A DNA stretch of 64,000 bases, taken from contig CAMVLO010000009.1 in the NCBI GenBank assembly GCA_947168365.1, forward strand, positions 11,141-75,140, read 5' to 3'. Origin of the DNA: an uncultured Bacteroidales bacterium. Lineage in GTDB: Bacteria; Bacteroidota; Bacteroidia; Bacteroidales; UBA3824. The notes under the pieces are model-generated. The model was given only the letters and a program-made list of their open reading frames with translations, did not search any database and had not been told where the DNA came from. Within the stretch, counting starts at the first letter, position 1. Each line of letters begins with the position of its first letter. Of this stretch, positions 61,653 to 64,000 are shown piece by piece. The position numbers were made by a program, and so were the translations under genes.

Positions 61653-63644
61653 TTATTTTTGAAGTTCTTCAGGACTTACTTGCTCTGTTTTAACAGGTTC
61701 TGAAGTTTTTGACTTTTTGGATTTGTATTTCAAAGCCGACATCGAAACTCCTACAATACAAATTATAATTGCCAAAATTGCAAATTTACTCTTGAACTTG
61801 AATTTCTTATTAAGCAAAATTACAATAACTGCCAAAACCACACCGATACTTCCCATGATAATCGCACCAAATTTCATCGGTGAGAACGAAAGTCCGACTG
61901 ATACAAAACCAAGGATGTACGCAAAGGTCTGACAGAAACTTCTAAACGGATGACTGTCAGTACAATCACCGACATCAGAGAATTTTCCCAACTTTTGAAA
62001 GAAATTCTTAACGGGTTCAAATATCCGTTTGAAAATATCCGTATTGAAAAGCTGAGAATCCACTGTAGCTTTGTAAGTAAGGAAAATACCAAAAGGCAAT
62101 ATCACAAACGAACTAAGCCACATCCCTTGCCAAGACGGCCAAACACCTTCTCTTGACATCTTCATGCCCGCCATGGATATCATATAATAAATCAAAAATA
62201 CGATAATGGAAACCACAATCGGCAATCCGAAACCACCTTTTCTGATAATTGCTCCAAGCGGCGCACCGATAAAGAAAAATATCAAACATGCCAACGACAA
62301 TGTAAATTTCTGATGCCATGAATTGCGATATTTTGCCATTGTACGTTTTCTTGCAATAAAATCATCTGTATATCTTGTAACTATAGATTGTGTTTCGGTA
62401 GAAAACTCTTTGGTTTTGCTCATCACACGGTCTTTATCCGCTTGACAGAAATTGTCATAAACTGAATCCAAATCTACAACAAGTTGCAAATCAGCCGGTT
62501 TTATAGAATACACATATTTTGTAATTGAATCGGAATTTTGAGCAATTCTCACTTTTATAATAGAATCCTCAATAATATAATTGGAATCTACGTCCGACAA
62601 ATTTTCTTCTTCTGCCAACAAACCGTCGGTTGGTCTCAGATGTACCTGATCATACGAACCTTTATGACGGAGTTTATACTTACGATTGCTTCTCAAACTG
62701 TCAGCAAAAAGTCGCTCCTTGTGATTGGCATATTTCAAATAATAGTGAGAAGTAAGATTAGAAGTATGTTCCGTAATACGGCGATTAAGAATCTCAGACA
62801 ACGAATCAATAGAACTTGTTAATTTCAAAAACGGCTGAACCTGAGGATTATTCAAAAACATCTCCTCGTCCATACGGTTGAAATCAAACCCCGCAAGCGA
62901 AAACAATAATGTCTGTTTCTCAAAAAAGTCCTTTCTAAACGGAAAATTCTTGTTGTTGATAACATTAGAAGGATTGTTGTCCATTTCGTCGTAACGAACA
63001 CCATGATACAAATCCACAAGCATATAACGGCTGTCGTCAGTTACCGACATCTTACCCGAATCGGCAAGTATTACAACTGCATTACCTTTTGTACCTCTAT
63101 CGTTGCTGTGATCGTAACAAACAAAATCATACAACATATTGGTTTTGGGATCTTTGGACGAAACACGAATAGAGAAGTTTTCAATATCATTGTTGAAAAT
63201 ACCCGGTTTGATATTCAATTCCGGACGCTGATTAGCAATACTTCTCTTCAAAGCAATAAACCTCAGATTGGCGTATGGGATTACCTCACTCGCAATAAAG
63301 AAAGCTCCGATACTTACAATAATTGTTACAACAAAAAGCGGAAGCATAGCTCTTTGCAGCGAAATACCCGAAGCTTTTATGGCTGTAAGTTCAAACTTTT
63401 CGCCCAAATTGCCGTAAGTCATAATCGACGCCAACAATATCGCCAAAGGCAATGCCATCGGTATCAAACTGACCATAGCTAAATACATAAACTCCGCAAT
63501 TACCGAAGTATCAAGCCCTTTGCCAACCAGTTCGTCGATATATCTCCACAGAAACTGCATTAGCAACACAAACAATGCAATGAGAAATGTTGCTATAAAC
63601 GGTCCTGCGTATGACTTTAGCAAAAATATATCTAATTTTTTCAT
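61653..63644 (-). CDS. LptF/LptG-family (YjgP/YjgQ) permease, long form with an enlarged periplasmic domain and a C-terminal TM extension
   Basis: The 663-aa ORF starts MKKLDIFLLKSYAGPFIATFLIALFVLLMQFLW, which is typical of the family. Residues from about 530 onward add two further hydrophobic helices and a charged tail. Confidence 0.8.
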   Translation of the reverse strand: MKKLDIFLLKSYAGPFIATFLIALFVLLMQFLWRYIDELVGKGLDTSVIAEFMYLAMVSLIPMALPLAILLASIMTYGNLGEKFELTAIKASGISLQRAMLPLFVVTIIVSIGAFFIASEVIPYANLRFIALKRSIANQRPELNIKPGIFNNDIENFSIRVSSKDPKTNMLYDFVCYDHSNDRGTKGNAVVILADSGKMSVTDDSRYMLVDLYHGVRYDEMDNNPSNVINNKNFPFRKDFFEKQTLLFSLAGFDFNRMDEEMFLNNPQVQPFLKLTSSIDSLSEILNRRITEHTSNLTSHYYLKYANHKERLFADSLRSNRKYKLRHKGSYDQVHLRPTDGLLAEEENLSDVDSNYIIEDSIIKVRIAQNSDSITKYVYSIKPADLQLVVDLDSVYDNFCQADKDRVMSKTKEFSTETQSIVTRYTDDFIARKRTMAKYRNSWHQKFTLSLACLIFFFIGAPLGAIIRKGGFGLPIVVSIIVFLIYYMISMAGMKMSREGVWPSWQGMWLSSFVILPFGIFLTYKATVDSQLFNTDIFKRIFEPVKNFFQKLGKFSDVGDCTDSHPFRSFCQTFAYILGFVSVGLSFSPMKFGAIIMGSIGVVLAVIVILLNKKFKFKSKFAILAIIICIVGVSMSALKYKSKKSKTSEPVKTEQVSPEELQK

Positions 63645-64000
63645 AACTTCTTGTAAGTATCCAAATGTCTTGATTTCTTATCAGGATATACATCATCTAC
63701 TTTTATAAGAATACCGGTTTCTTCCACATCTCCGAAAAACGGATTGAGAGCAGTACCGAAACATCTCATAGTAGAGGAAAGATTCATGTAAGAATTTACA
63801 AGCGGCGGTATATTCTCGCCATGAGCACGTACAATATGATTAAGTGTTTTGTAATCTTTCTTGTAATCGTTACCGCAAAAAGTTTTGTTGACAACGTCCT
63901 GAGAAAGATTGATTTCAAGAGGCTCACGAGGAATTACAAGATTGTCTTTGTCCTTGAAATAGAGATTCAAAAACGACAAAATATAATCGCGGGCTTCTTG
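63641..64000 (-). CDS. C-terminal part of a probable GNAT/OlsB-like N-acyltransferase (start beyond the window)
   Basis: The frame stays open to position 64000 (QEARDYI precedes the tracked TTG). IPPLVNSYMNLSSTM resembles the PPLlkgYlrlGA motif of the OlsB/hemolysin-like acyltransferase family. Its stop overlaps the lptF/G start by 4 nt. Confidence 0.4.
   Translation of the reverse strand, partial: QEARDYILSFLNLYFKDKDNLVIPREPLEINLSQDVVNKTFCGNDYKKDYKTLNHIVRAHGENIPPLVNSYMNLSSTMRCFGTALNPFFGDVEETGILIKVDDVYPDKKSRHLDTYKKL

Overview
This is a low-GC chromosomal segment from a Bacteroidota (Bacteroidales-like) genome. That placement rests on a fused FeoA-FeoB, a dcw cluster without murF, fusA followed directly by rpsJ, TAnnTTTG -7 boxes and many lipoprotein signal peptides. 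Most of it is core genome. The str/S10 ribosomal protein operons occupy 1-8057 on the minus strand (rpsL-rpsG-fusA-rpsJ-rplC-rplD-rplW-rplB-rpsS-rplV-rpsC-rplP-rpmC). A complete division/cell-wall cluster occupies 15.8-34.3 kb on the minus strand (mraZ-rsmH-ftsL-ftsI-murE-mraY-murD-ftsW-murG-[lipoprotein]-murC-ftsQ-ftsA-ftsZ). The remaining housekeeping genes are metH, a purF-like gene, feoAB, rmuC, ribF, prfB (with its programmed +1 frameshift), tsaC, sstT, ribBA and an lptF/G-type permease. I found no rRNA, tRNA or CRISPR array. The best candidate for an undescribed system is a two-gene partner-switch-like module directly downstream of ftsZ and co-oriented with it. It consists of an internally duplicated SiaB-like kinase and a SiaC-like DUF1987 protein, with no SiaA phosphatase or SiaD cyclase in the window. 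Other notable points: an orphan lipoprotein sits between murG and murC; four terminator-like hairpin units carry copies of a neighbouring gene's 3' end; a CxxCH/PD40 lipoprotein is paired divergently with a large polytopic membrane protein; uL23 has a basic insertion; three AAAGTGG boxes spaced 10 bp apart lie upstream of mraZ; an Rpn-like nuclease carries a 21-nt coding tandem repeat; a GC-rich GH2 gene lies next to a decayed helicase pseudogene; and two small ORFs are missing from the ORF track. All functional calls come from reading the translations by eye, and no database search was run.
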